In this document: positions 1-9,901 of the stretch, piece after piece
Layout: each line of letters begins with the position of its first letter
Numbering within the stretch: the stretch's first letter is position 1
Source of the DNA: Candidatus Omnitrophota bacterium
Lineage (GTDB): Bacteria; Omnitrophota; Gorgyraeia; Duberdicusellales; Duberdicusellaceae
NCBI GenBank assembly: GCA_016932855.1
Contig: JAFGCB010000014.1
Span: 6,496 to 70,495 of the forward strand
Length of the DNA stretch: 64,000 nucleotides
Reading direction: 5' to 3'
Position numbers and translations under genes: made by a program
Notes under the pieces: model-generated
Databases searched by the model: none
What the model saw: only the letters and a program-made list of their open reading frames with translations
What the model was told of the DNA's origin: nothing

Positions 1-865
1 CAAGCATTGCCGAAGATAAGATTAATCTTCGAAAAGTCAAATAATATATAGCTTTGCAGGCATAATGCATAGCAGTCTTTATAAGCTGAACGCCTCCCGC
101 TCCCAAGGCCCCGCCGGTTAAACAAGGATCTCCCTGCGTCGGCTCTGAAACCTCTATCGCAATAATTTCCAAGCCCGCCCTTTCTAAAATCTTTCTTATT
201 GTTTTCGGAGAAAAAGTATAAGGGTGAAAAATACTGGGCTTAAGCTTAAGCTTCCGGTTGATAACCGCCAAAATTCGTAAGAGACGTTGAAAAAATAATT
301 GAAATATTGCGTTATGCACCCGAATCCCGACAATTCCCTCAGGCTTTAAGATTCTCCTGGTTTCCTTAAGTTCCGCCAAGGGGTCATAAAAAAGAGCTAC
401 GACATCCCACAAGGTAACAACATCAAAAAAATTTTCGCTAAAACCAGCTTTTCGTAAAGTTGTCTTTTGTATATTATCAAGCTTAAACTCTTCTCTTGCA
501 TGCTCGTATGCCGAGCGGGATGGCTCAACTCCCCAAACTTGCCAGCCGTTCTCTAGTGCCAGCTTTAAAAATAGACCGTAGCCGCAACCCACGTCAAGAA
601 GTCTTCCTTTAGCCTGTAATACCTCTATTCTTTTAAGATTTCTTTCAAATAATTTTATTTTTGAATCATGCCAGACTTCTCTTCTATGCTCGGGTATAAT
701 GCCGTCAGATTCTACTTGTTTTAATGCCTCCTCTTCGGTAAGCCTTGGATTTTTGTAAACAAGGCCGCATCTTTTGCATTTAACAATCCTAAAGGGGCTG
801 CCCGGGATTAAAACCTTATATTCATTACTTTTACAAATATTACAACTGACCTGGCTTAACATCAT
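1..865 (-). CDS. Class I SAM-dependent methyltransferase with N-terminal Zn-ribbon (truncated by window edge; absent from ORF track)
   Basis: Manual translation from ATG at 865: MMLSQVSCNICKSNEY...IVKCKRCGLVYKNPR...GRLLDVGCGYGLFL...FFDVVTLWDV...RILKPEGIV. The frame is open at both ends read and continues past base 1. Confidence 0.85.
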   Translation of the reverse strand, partial: MMLSQVSCNICKSNEYKVLIPGSPFRIVKCKRCGLVYKNPRLTEEEALKQVESDGIIPEHRREVWHDSKIKLFERNLKRIEVLQAKGRLLDVGCGYGLFLKLALENGWQVWGVEPSRSAYEHAREEFKLDNIQKTTLRKAGFSENFFDVVTLWDVVALFYDPLAELKETRRILKPEGIVGIRVHNAIFQLFFQRLLRILAVINRKLKLKPSIFHPYTFSPKTIRKILERAGLEIIAIEVSEPTQGDPCLTGGALGAGGVQLIKTAMHYACKAIYYLTFRRLILSSAML

Positions 866-875
866 TAATAAAAAT

Positions 876-2024
876 CTAGGGCTTTATTGCGGTCCTAATC
901 CTTTCTGCAAGCGCTCTCCAAGAAAAATATTTCTCCACCCGCTCTTTTCCGTTTTTACCCAATCTTACGGCATGCTCTTTATTTGTAAGTAACTCGTAAA
1001 TTAAATCTGATAATTTCTTAGCATCATAAGGATCAACTAATAACCCGGTCTCTTGGTCAATAACCGCATCAACTACCCCGCCTGACAAGCCGCCGATAAC
1101 AGGCTTGGCGCAGGCGTTAGCCTCCAGGTAGGCAATGCCAAAACCCTCAAACCAATGACGCCTTCCTTGCGTCTCCCTGCTTGGCATAACAAATACATCG
1201 CAAAGCGAAAAATATGGCGGCGTATCCTCATGAGCAACGTGGCCAACAAAGATTACGTTATCTTCCAGCTTTAACCTGGAAACTAGCTCTTCCAGATTCT
1301 TTCTTTCTCTGCCGTCTCCTACGATTAAGTACTTAACATCCGCCATTTTTTTCAAAAGATAAGAAAGGGCTTTAATTACTACGTCGTGGCCTTTATGATC
1401 ATCCAGGCGGGCTACGGTCAAAATGACCTTTTTACCAGTAAGTTTATATCTATCTATAATATCTCTGCAATCGGCATTAACTCCGAATTTTTCAATATCA
1501 ACGCCGCCCGGTATAACCAATAAATGTTCGGATTTAACTTGCCGGGCTTCAAGAAATCTTTTAGTAAACTCGGATATGGGAAAACATTTTACGGCCTTAT
1601 TAAATACTAGTCTTGCCAGCCATCTTAAATGCTGCTTAATAGTTCTTTTTAAAAGGGAGGTAGCATCGAATATCTCGGCGCCAAAGGCAACCACCGAATA
1701 AGAAAAACCGAATAAAAAAGAAGTAAAATATGAAATAGCGGCGCAAGGAAACCATACTATATTAAGCACATGCTGAATTCGATGTTTTCGAACTAAATAA
1801 ATAAACTTAAAGAAAAACTGAACTTCGCGCAAAAACAATATATTCGACACCCTCACAATCTTGAATTTCTGGCGAGAATCAAACTCTAAGCTTTCTTTAT
1901 GCTTTTGAGCCAAGACTATTACCTCTTCGCCCAGTTCATTCAATTGCGCTGTAATCCCGTAGGCGTATGTCGATATACCTCCGGGGATAGGAGGAAAATC
2001 AACAGTAAATATTAATATCCGCAT
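876..2024 (-). CDS. Glycosyltransferase family 4 (PimB-like)
   Basis: FPPIPGGISTY N-terminus, ARLDDHKGHD, EGFGIAYLEANAC (ExFG..xE GT4 motif). Confidence 0.9.
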   Translation of the reverse strand: MRILIFTVDFPPIPGGISTYAYGITAQLNELGEEVIVLAQKHKESLEFDSRQKFKIVRVSNILFLREVQFFFKFIYLVRKHRIQHVLNIVWFPCAAISYFTSFLFGFSYSVVAFGAEIFDATSLLKRTIKQHLRWLARLVFNKAVKCFPISEFTKRFLEARQVKSEHLLVIPGGVDIEKFGVNADCRDIIDRYKLTGKKVILTVARLDDHKGHDVVIKALSYLLKKMADVKYLIVGDGRERKNLEELVSRLKLEDNVIFVGHVAHEDTPPYFSLCDVFVMPSRETQGRRHWFEGFGIAYLEANACAKPVIGGLSGGVVDAVIDQETGLLVDPYDAKKLSDLIYELLTNKEHAVRLGKNGKERVEKYFSWRALAERIRTAIKP

Positions 2025-2059
2025 TGGAAAAACCGGCTTTGATTAAGACCAGCAAATTT

Positions 2060-3205
2060 CTAAATCTCTTTTCCAGATTGAGCTACAAGCTCTTCGTATA
2101 AAAGCTGATATTGGGCCACCTTGTCTTTTATATTAAATTCAATATTTACAGCTAATTTCGCTTGCCGCGTTATTTTCTCGCTTCTTTCCCTGTTATCAAA
2201 AGTCTCTATTATTGCCCTGGCTAAAGCCATAGGGTCTTGTGCCGATACAAGGATGCCGGTCGTACCATTTTGTATTGTCTCCTTAACCCCTTCAATATCG
2301 GTAGCAATAATCAGAACCCCTTCTGCCATTGCCTCCAAAAGTACAATCGGCTGGCCTTCCCGGATTGAAGGCAAAACAAAAATATCCAAAGCCTGTAGAA
2401 TTTCTTTAATATCAGACCTAAAACCAGTAAAAATAACCCTTTCTTTTATACCTAGCCTCCCAGCCAAACTTTCTAATTTTCCTCTTAAAGGCCCTTCACC
2501 AACAATTAAATATCGGGTGTCGGGTATCGGGCATCGGGTATCGAGGATTTTTGCTGCTTCAATAAAGTATTTGAACCCCTTCTGCCAAACCAACCTTCCT
2601 ATCGTCCCCACAAGCCTTACATCCTCCGCAATTCCCAACTCCTTTCTAATCTTTATTCTGTTCTCTGTTCTCTGTTCTCTGTTCTCGGAACTAATTTCCA
2701 CTCCATTATAAATCCTGACAACCTTATCCGCAGGAACCTTATGGACCTTAATCAATCTATTCTTTAAAGCTTCGGATACCACAATAAATTTATCCACGAA
2801 TCTTTCGCTATAACGGTCTAAGCTCACATATAAAGCTTTTTGCAATAAATTTACATCATACCCTTCAGGCGGCATTACTATAGTATTAACTATAAAAACG
2901 CGCTTATCTCTTGCGGCCATTCGGGTAAAAAAGTCTGACCGCAAACCCTGGCTATGTACGATATCTATATTGCGCTGCTGGATTATCTGCGAAAGATAAC
3001 GGAAATTATTTAAATTATAAAGATTCTTAAGCGAAAGTGGTATTATTTTAGCCGAATCTTTTATCCTATCGGAAAATCCTCCCCCGGGATTACAGGCGAC
3101 AAAAATATCGTATTGGGATTTATCCAGAGAATTTATAATCTGGCTAAACGACCTTTCTCCTCCGCCGAAAAACACATTCTCGATAACAAACAATATTCTT
3201 ACCAT
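2060..3205 (-). CDS. Glycosyltransferase family 4
   Basis: FGGGERS, IGRLVWQKG, EGQPIVLLEAMA; carries two in-frame heptamer tandem repeats. Confidence 0.9.
   Translation of the reverse strand: MVRILFVIENVFFGGGERSFSQIINSLDKSQYDIFVACNPGGGFSDRIKDSAKIIPLSLKNLYNLNNFRYLSQIIQQRNIDIVHSQGLRSDFFTRMAARDKRVFIVNTIVMPPEGYDVNLLQKALYVSLDRYSERFVDKFIVVSEALKNRLIKVHKVPADKVVRIYNGVEISSENREQRTENRIKIRKELGIAEDVRLVGTIGRLVWQKGFKYFIEAAKILDTRCPIPDTRYLIVGEGPLRGKLESLAGRLGIKERVIFTGFRSDIKEILQALDIFVLPSIREGQPIVLLEAMAEGVLIIATDIEGVKETIQNGTTGILVSAQDPMALARAIIETFDNRERSEKITRQAKLAVNIEFNIKDKVAQYQLLYEELVAQSGKEI
2511..2545. repeat. 5x 7-bp tandem repeat (TATCGGG-like) inside GT4 CDS
   Basis: tatcggg tgtcggg tatcggg catcggg tatcgag; encodes LDTRCPIPDTRY on - strand. 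Confidence 0.85.
2654..2688. repeat. 5x 7-bp tandem repeat (TTCTCTG) inside GT4 CDS
   Basis: tattctg ttctctg ttctctg ttctctg ttctcgg; encodes SENREQRTENRI. Confidence 0.85.
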
Positions 3206-3213
3206 AATTATAG

Positions 3214-3981
3214 CTAGCCTCTTCTTCCAACAAGCACCAGGGAATAGCCGAAATAATCATCAAAGATTGTCGGCACTTCAAGATACCGGGTATTTATCAT
3301 TATTCGCCATCTAAGTAAATGTAATATATAGCGCAGCAATAAAAAAAATATCGAATCTTTTATAACTGAGCTGCCTACAAGACTATATGACGAAAAACCT
3401 ATCGACTCTGCGATTTTTTTCAGCTCTTTACGGGTGAAAGGAATTTCCATAATATCGGAATATCCCAGTATATCCGATAACCACATAAAAACCCTATAGG
3501 CAAAGCAATCCTTATTAGGAACAGCCACGAAAGAAATGCCCCTTTCAGCCAGAAGGCTCTTATGTATGTCAAAAATATCAATACGTTCAGGATACGTAAA
3601 ATGCTCGGCTAATCCAAAAGACATCGATATATCGAATTTGCCGATAAGATCATCTGGGATATCAAAAATATCCGCTTTTATAAAACTGGCACTTAGGCCA
3701 AATGCTTTGAACAATTCGCCGGCCTTATCCAGGGCAACATCACTGTAATCTAAAAGACTTACCCTTGCTCCTTTTAAGGCAAATAAAAGGGCGTTTTCTC
3801 CCCGGCCTGAACCGATTTCAACAACTTTCAATCCTTCAAAGGAACCGAATCTTTCAATTACGCTCTTTTCAATCTTCCTAAAGCGCACGGAAGCCAGTTC
3901 ATTTTCGATAATCCGCTTATCAAACTTAGCGCCGGCTTTAAAATTTACCCAAAAATTATCCCAGGATTTCCGCTGATCCAT
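3214..3981 (-). CDS. Class I SAM-dependent methyltransferase
   Basis: VVEIGSGRG motif I, LLDYS, FDISMSFGLAEHF. Confidence 0.85.
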   Translation of the reverse strand: MDQRKSWDNFWVNFKAGAKFDKRIIENELASVRFRKIEKSVIERFGSFEGLKVVEIGSGRGENALLFALKGARVSLLDYSDVALDKAGELFKAFGLSASFIKADIFDIPDDLIGKFDISMSFGLAEHFTYPERIDIFDIHKSLLAERGISFVAVPNKDCFAYRVFMWLSDILGYSDIMEIPFTRKELKKIAESIGFSSYSLVGSSVIKDSIFFLLLRYILHLLRWRIMINTRYLEVPTIFDDYFGYSLVLVGRRG

Positions 3982-4006
3982 CTAGAAATATATTTTATTT
4001 TCGATA

Positions 4007-5161
4007 TTAAATAACTTGGCGTAAACTTTCTTCAATCTGCCCTGCCCTAAGAACCCAGGTGCAATTCCTAACCACAAATTCTCTGCCTCTTCTGCCCATG
4101 TCTTTCCTCAACGTCTCGTCCCTGATTAATTTAATTATGGCCTCGGATACCTCCTTCTTATTATTGGCATCAACCGAAATCCCTGCTCCTATATCTTCCA
4201 CAAAATCACCGTAACCTTCCACATTGCTGGCTACAACCGGCTTACCGCAAGCCAGATATTCGTATAGTTTTATAGGATCGCCCGGGTCTAAACGCACTGA
4301 CTTAAAGAAAACCGCACAAACGTCAAAGGCATTAATATATAAGGCAATGTCCTTGAAAGGGACTGCTCCTGAGAAAATAAAAGCCTCATCAAGGCTCTTT
4401 GCCTTAACTTGTTGAATTAGCTTATCTTTCATTTGACCCTGGCCAACAATAACAAACTTCACATTAGGTATCTGTTCTAAGATTAAGGGCGAGCTTTCGA
4501 TTAATAAATCCAGCCCATGCCAGGGAAAAAGACCCCCTACAAAGCCGACCAAAAAATCATTCGTAGAAAAATTTAGCCTGATTTTAGCTTCTTTTACGTC
4601 GGAAGGTTTAAATAAATCTACATCAACTCCGTTTTTAACGATATCTATCTTATCGTCCTCAATCGCAAATCTTTTTACCAAATTATTTTTTAATACTTTG
4701 GTAACTACAAAAACCTTATTAGCTAACCTTAAGCACATCTTCTGAAATATACTTACCAAAAATATATAAAGTGGATTCCGGCCGGTCAAGCCTAACTCAT
4801 CTGCGGCTATGCCGTTAACATAAATAATAAGAGGTTTTTTAAATATCTTCGACAAAAACACCGGCCAGAAATCCAGATACACTTCAAAAAATAAGACTAT
4901 ATCCGGCCTAAACTTAAAGAGGTTTTTAATGAAATAAAAGGGCGAAAGAATCAAATATGAAAAATACTTAAGAACCGGCATATTTATAGTCCGTACATAC
5001 TCTGTATCAAAACCATCAAAGGATTGAAAGCTGCCCATAAAAGGTGCGCGAACCTTAATTTCATTACCGCTGCGGCTTAAAGCTTTGGCAATCTCTAAGA
5101 CCTGTCTCTTCCCCCCGCCGTATCCTGCCATGTCTTCATAACAAACAAAAAGAATCTTCAT
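4007..5161 (-). CDS. Glycosyltransferase family 4
   Basis: NGVDVDLF, GFVGGLFPWHG, PIKLYEYLACGKPVVAS; paralog of 8709-9875. Confidence 0.9.
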   Translation of the reverse strand: MKILFVCYEDMAGYGGGKRQVLEIAKALSRSGNEIKVRAPFMGSFQSFDGFDTEYVRTINMPVLKYFSYLILSPFYFIKNLFKFRPDIVLFFEVYLDFWPVFLSKIFKKPLIIYVNGIAADELGLTGRNPLYIFLVSIFQKMCLRLANKVFVVTKVLKNNLVKRFAIEDDKIDIVKNGVDVDLFKPSDVKEAKIRLNFSTNDFLVGFVGGLFPWHGLDLLIESSPLILEQIPNVKFVIVGQGQMKDKLIQQVKAKSLDEAFIFSGAVPFKDIALYINAFDVCAVFFKSVRLDPGDPIKLYEYLACGKPVVASNVEGYGDFVEDIGAGISVDANNKKEVSEAIIKLIRDETLRKDMGRRGREFVVRNCTWVLRAGQIEESLRQVI

Positions 5162-5168
5162 TTAAACC

Positions 5169-7115
5169 TCAATATATCTGCTTTAGGATAATGTTTTCTC
5201 TTTCTTTCCACCTGGGAAGCATATTGCTCTTGCCGTCAACGATTAATTTCTGACGAATCCTAATGACATTTAAAAAATTAAGTGCCGGTATTACATCGTA
5301 AGAAAAACCTACTTCCCGGCAATACTTCTTAAGTAAACTATCGGTCAATTTACTGCCTGCATAAGTAAGCTTGCATATCTTTGCCAAATCAGTCCCGGGA
5401 AGACCGTCCTCCTCCATACTCTTCCAGTCGATTATCTTAAACCTTATAGGCCAAATGCTTTGAATAACAAAATTATGCAAGTTAAGATCATTATGCGCAT
5501 ACACAAGTGGAATGCCGATCCACGTTTTCCTTAAAGTCTCTAAGTGCGTTCCTGCAGATTGACTTAAAGCATTATCGGATTTTTCTTCCAGAAAATCAGC
5601 AATGGGCTTTTCGGCATAATCAAAAAAAGAAAGATTATTATCTTTTCTGCTCTTTAAGCCCAGTTCAAGCAAGAAGTCAAATACCTCCGGTAAAAATCTT
5701 CTTCCTAAAAAAGTAAACATGATTAACTTCTGAACAAAATTTCGGTTATAAATCTTTAAGCTTTTGTAAAAAGGTAGTACTGAATAAGGAAATCCTCCAA
5801 TATTGCCATGAGCAATAATCTCAGGTAAAAGCTTAAGCCTGCTAAGCTGTAAAGATTTTAACTTTTCCAGATTCTCGACCTCTCTATTTAAAAAAGGCAG
5901 GCTTTCAAAGCGCGCGAACTTACAGATAAATTCGGAATTTTGTTTTCTTAAATTGACTGTAACCGAAGAGGTTAAGCTTGACCCTGTTCCGGCGACAAGA
6001 GAAGTAAAATATGCACCCTTTAGAAACGGTTCCCTATCGATAAGGCTCTCAACAATGCTTAGGAGCGGGGTTTGATTGAATCTTTTTTTTCTTAAAATAA
6101 ACATGTGCGAAATGCATAAATTTTTCTTAATACTGAAAGGTAAAAACGTTAGAGAGCAGCGATAAAGTCTTGACGCATGAAAAGACTGGGATCTTTTCCT
6201 GCTTTTGCAACGGCTGCGATAATAATCGAAGATTTCCTCGGGATAGCGGGAATCAGGCAAAGGAACCCGGACTTTATCTACAGAAAAATTAGCCTCTTTA
6301 AAAAAATCTATGTATTGTGAAACGCCCAGTAATCCGCTCAAATATTCCTTTCCTTTAAGTTTGGACACGCTGTTTATCAGCTTATCCGGAAATAAAAGCA
6401 GCCCCGGCATACCATTATTATGGTAGTTCTTGCTTATATTAAGCTCAAAAGAATATTTATTTCTGGTTGTAATATAGAAGACTCCTTTATCCTTTAATAC
6501 CCGGTATACTTCGTCTAAAAGCTTTCTTTGAATATTTTTTACATCTGGAAAACTTGCCTCAAATCCTAACCATTCAAAGACACCGTTTAGGATAACAATA
6601 TCAAACATATTGTCTTTATAAGGCAATAAGCAACCGCCGCCGCCTTGAGCCACTGATAGATTATCTACTCCATCCTCCTTTGCCCTAATATGCATAAATT
6701 GGCAATTTGCCGATACTTTCTCCAGGGCATATACCGACTTTACGGTCTTGGCAAGATTTAGAGAAATAAGACCGTGGCCTGCTCCGATGTCCAGAATCTG
6801 GGAATCCTTGGTAATAGGAAGTAAATATTTAAAATCCACCCGGCTTAAATCAGTAAGATAATCCAATAAGCCTAGCCTTCTTATCTGAACTTCAATCAAA
6901 GCCTGCGCATATCCTTTCTTCTTTGAAAGCTCAACTAATTCAGAAAGAACTTTATTAAAAGAAGAATCGCCGCTTAAAAAACGAGGCTTTTCTTTAAGAA
7001 AAACAGGTATTTCTTCCAAAATAGGATATTCTTCCTTACATTGAAGACAACGAAATAATTCCGGCTGTCTTTCCAAATCGCCTTTGCATTTAAGACAACA
7101 ATATACTTCAAACAT
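5169..7115 (-). CDS. Trm112-like Zn-ribbon + SAM methyltransferase + C-terminal APH/kinase-like phosphotransferase fusion
   Basis: CLKC..CLQC..YPILEEIPVF; ILDIGAGHG; FICKFAR (beta3 Lys); HNDLNLHNF..IIDWK (catalytic loop and DFG-like motif). Confidence 0.75.
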   Translation of the reverse strand: MFEVYCCLKCKGDLERQPELFRCLQCKEEYPILEEIPVFLKEKPRFLSGDSSFNKVLSELVELSKKKGYAQALIEVQIRRLGLLDYLTDLSRVDFKYLLPITKDSQILDIGAGHGLISLNLAKTVKSVYALEKVSANCQFMHIRAKEDGVDNLSVAQGGGGCLLPYKDNMFDIVILNGVFEWLGFEASFPDVKNIQRKLLDEVYRVLKDKGVFYITTRNKYSFELNISKNYHNNGMPGLLLFPDKLINSVSKLKGKEYLSGLLGVSQYIDFFKEANFSVDKVRVPLPDSRYPEEIFDYYRSRCKSRKRSQSFHASRLYRCSLTFLPFSIKKNLCISHMFILRKKRFNQTPLLSIVESLIDREPFLKGAYFTSLVAGTGSSLTSSVTVNLRKQNSEFICKFARFESLPFLNREVENLEKLKSLQLSRLKLLPEIIAHGNIGGFPYSVLPFYKSLKIYNRNFVQKLIMFTFLGRRFLPEVFDFLLELGLKSRKDNNLSFFDYAEKPIADFLEEKSDNALSQSAGTHLETLRKTWIGIPLVYAHNDLNLHNFVIQSIWPIRFKIIDWKSMEEDGLPGTDLAKICKLTYAGSKLTDSLLKKYCREVGFSYDVIPALNFLNVIRIRQKLIVDGKSNMLPRWKERENIILKQIY

Positions 7116-7127
7116 AATACTTTTAGA

Positions 7128-8693
7128 TTAAAGCAGAAGCCTTCCGATAATCGGCACTCTCTGTTTAATAAACAGCTTATCCCGGCTGTCAAAAATCCTA
7201 AAAACAAAAATAAAAACTATATAAATAATTGAAAAAACAGCGGCTTTTAGCAAAATGATGACTAGCCCTTCAAGCCGTCCGATACCACCTGAGAAAAAAT
7301 TAGAAAACAGCTTACTTAAATATAGGATGAATATATTAGCCCCCATGCTTGCCATTAGCGGCTTGCAGATAAGGATAAAAAAAGCTCCCAAGGGCTTGTT
7401 TAAATAATTATGGAATATCTTAATAAGAAATAATGCCCCGACAAAAAGAGACGCAGCCGTGCCTATGCAGGCTCCTATAATCCCCATCTTTATGATTAAG
7501 GCGATGCTTAAAATAATATTTAAGGGCGCAACCAGAATACTGTATTTCATCTCAAAATCAGGCCTGCCCAATCCTAAAGCGGTAGTAGTGGCCGTTCCGG
7601 TAAGGACATTCAGAAAATAGCCCACACAAAGAACCTGAAGAACTAAAACCGATGCGCTAAACCCCTGACCCAGCCAAGTCCTAAGTATCAATGAAGCATT
7701 AAATATCGCAAAAGAAAACAAAGGCATGCTTAAAAGAATTAAATATTTAGAACTTCTTAAATAAAACTCATATATTTCATCTCTGCTTTTTGTTGCGCCT
7801 ATTTCGGAAACAGCCGGTATAATCGCCGAAACCAATAAAAAGGCTAGTCTTCTTAAGGTAAAGGTAATCTTAAACCCTAATTCATAAAAGCTAACCGCAT
7901 TTATATTGATAAGCCGGCCAAGAAGGACTTTATCGGCATGGAAATTGACTAAAAAAGCAATCCGGGCGACATTAACCTTTAAGCTAAAGCCGAACAGCAT
8001 CTTAAAAATAGCTTTGTCGAATTTAAGAGGGCTAAAGCTTATCTGGGGCAAATTCCTTAAAGCAAATAATGCCGTAAGTATTCCTTTAATAAAGATAAGG
8101 ATTAGATTATTTATAACCAAACCTACAAGGCCGTATCCTTTTTTTAAGACAAAAACCGTTCCCGCCGCGGTTAAAAAGCTAATTACAATCAATATCTTGT
8201 TGGTAATATCCATACGCTGCAGACCGGAAAGAATAGAAGTAAAAATATCGAAAGCAACTATCAAAATAAATGAAGCTATGCCCAGACGGATAACCAGTAA
8301 GGCCTGTCTTTGTAAGCTTGGGGGTAAATCAAAAAAGCTTACGATTAATTCTGAAAAGATAAAAGCCAAAGCCCCTATTACCAAAGCAAGCAAAGCATAA
8401 AAAACAAAGCTTGTATTAATCAATTGGCTAAGCTTAAGGAAGTCTTCTTTAGCATGAAACTCCGATACATACTTGATTACCGGGGCTCTTATGCTGATAT
8501 CAAAAAAACCGAGATAAGAAATAAAAATATTAACAATTATCCATATTCCGAATCTTTCAAGACCCAAGTAATTAAGGATGTAAGGAGTAAGAACCAAGCT
8601 TAAAATTACCGAAAAAAATGCACCCATGGCGTTATAAAAAGTGTTCTTTACTACCTTCTGCGATATAGTAATATTGGCATTACCTGTATTCAT
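7128..8693 (-). CDS. wzx: Polysaccharide flippase (Wzx/PST family)
   Basis: KVVKNTFYN start, YLGLERFGIW, ~14 hydrophobic segments, DKVLLG motif, EPS context. Confidence 0.85.
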   Translation of the reverse strand: MNTGNANITISQKVVKNTFYNAMGAFFSVILSLVLTPYILNYLGLERFGIWIIVNIFISYLGFFDISIRAPVIKYVSEFHAKEDFLKLSQLINTSFVFYALLALVIGALAFIFSELIVSFFDLPPSLQRQALLVIRLGIASFILIVAFDIFTSILSGLQRMDITNKILIVISFLTAAGTVFVLKKGYGLVGLVINNLILIFIKGILTALFALRNLPQISFSPLKFDKAIFKMLFGFSLKVNVARIAFLVNFHADKVLLGRLININAVSFYELGFKITFTLRRLAFLLVSAIIPAVSEIGATKSRDEIYEFYLRSSKYLILLSMPLFSFAIFNASLILRTWLGQGFSASVLVLQVLCVGYFLNVLTGTATTTALGLGRPDFEMKYSILVAPLNIILSIALIIKMGIIGACIGTAASLFVGALFLIKIFHNYLNKPLGAFFILICKPLMASMGANIFILYLSKLFSNFFSGGIGRLEGLVIILLKAAVFSIIYIVFIFVFRIFDSRDKLFIKQRVPIIGRLLL

Positions 8694-8708
8694 GATAAAT
8701 ATCCTAAA

Positions 8709-9875
8709 TCACACTGGACTTTTATTGTTTAGAACCTCCTTACATACCCGGACTGTCATTTTTGCCAATATATCCCAGCTGTAATTATTAACAACAAATT
8801 CCCGGCCGTTCTTTCCCAATGTATCTCTTTTTTCTTTATCCGGCAAAAGATCTATTATGGCCTGCGAAAGAGCTTGGGGATTCTCGGGAGGGACTAAAAT
8901 CCCGCCTTTACTATTTGCAATCAATGAGTGGCTGCATTCAACATCGCTTGCCACTACAGGACGGCCGCTTGCAAAATAATCAAATATCTTAACCGGAGAG
9001 GCAGAGCCTCTTGATTTCAAAAAAGGCGCAACGCAGACATCCATGGCACTTATAAACGAAGGCATTTCATAGTAGGAAATATGCCCGGTAAAGATAAAGC
9101 TCTCCGATAAGCCTAAGTAGCGTACTTCTTTATCCAAATAACCGCGGACAGGCCCGTCGCCGACAATCAAAAATATTGCCTTACTAAATTTACCTAATAT
9201 AGCCGGCGCTGCCCGGACTAAAACTTCTATTCCCTGATGCTCGTAAAGAGTCCCTATAAAACCGACATAATATATATCCGGCTTTAGACCTAATTTATTA
9301 CGGGCCTCTTCGGCCTCAATCGGCCGGAATAAAGAAATATTAGATCCGCTGGTAATAACCGCGATCTTTGACGTGGGGACTTTTTGAAGTAGCTTAAGTG
9401 TCTCTTTTAATTCATAGGTAAGAGATACTATCTTGTCACAAAGAGCAAGATTAAATCTCTCCTTTGTCTTACTTATAAAATCTTTTATCCTGTTTGTGGT
9501 CTTATAAACGCAAGAAGCATGATGCACCTCTAAAACCAAAGCCGCGCCGAAGCACTTGGCTAAAACCTTCGATAGAAAGGTATCCATTTGCCGCAAGTAT
9601 ACTATGTCGGGCCTAAGTCTTAAAGCGTAAAAAACCGACATAAAAAATGATATTAAATAAAAAGACATGTAGTGGCAGAATTTAATTCTCAAAAAAGGCA
9701 CCTCTACTATCTTAAAACTTACTTTTGCATAAGAATTGCGATATTTGGGAACGAATACAACGACTTTGTTGCCGAGACTACAAAGGCCTTCTGATATCTC
9801 CCAGACTCTTACCAGGCCTATCTCTTTTACATCAATATAATTCTGAGGCCAATAAGCAAAAACAAAAATATTCAT
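8709..9875 (-). CDS. Glycosyltransferase family 4
   Basis: GFIGTLYEHQG, SPVKIFDYFASGRPVVASD. Confidence 0.9.
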   Translation of the reverse strand: MNIFVFAYWPQNYIDVKEIGLVRVWEISEGLCSLGNKVVVFVPKYRNSYAKVSFKIVEVPFLRIKFCHYMSFYLISFFMSVFYALRLRPDIVYLRQMDTFLSKVLAKCFGAALVLEVHHASCVYKTTNRIKDFISKTKERFNLALCDKIVSLTYELKETLKLLQKVPTSKIAVITSGSNISLFRPIEAEEARNKLGLKPDIYYVGFIGTLYEHQGIEVLVRAAPAILGKFSKAIFLIVGDGPVRGYLDKEVRYLGLSESFIFTGHISYYEMPSFISAMDVCVAPFLKSRGSASPVKIFDYFASGRPVVASDVECSHSLIANSKGGILVPPENPQALSQAIIDLLPDKEKRDTLGKNGREFVVNNYSWDILAKMTVRVCKEVLNNKSPV

Positions 9876-9901
9876 AGCTATTTATCTTCTAACGGCTAAG
9901 G

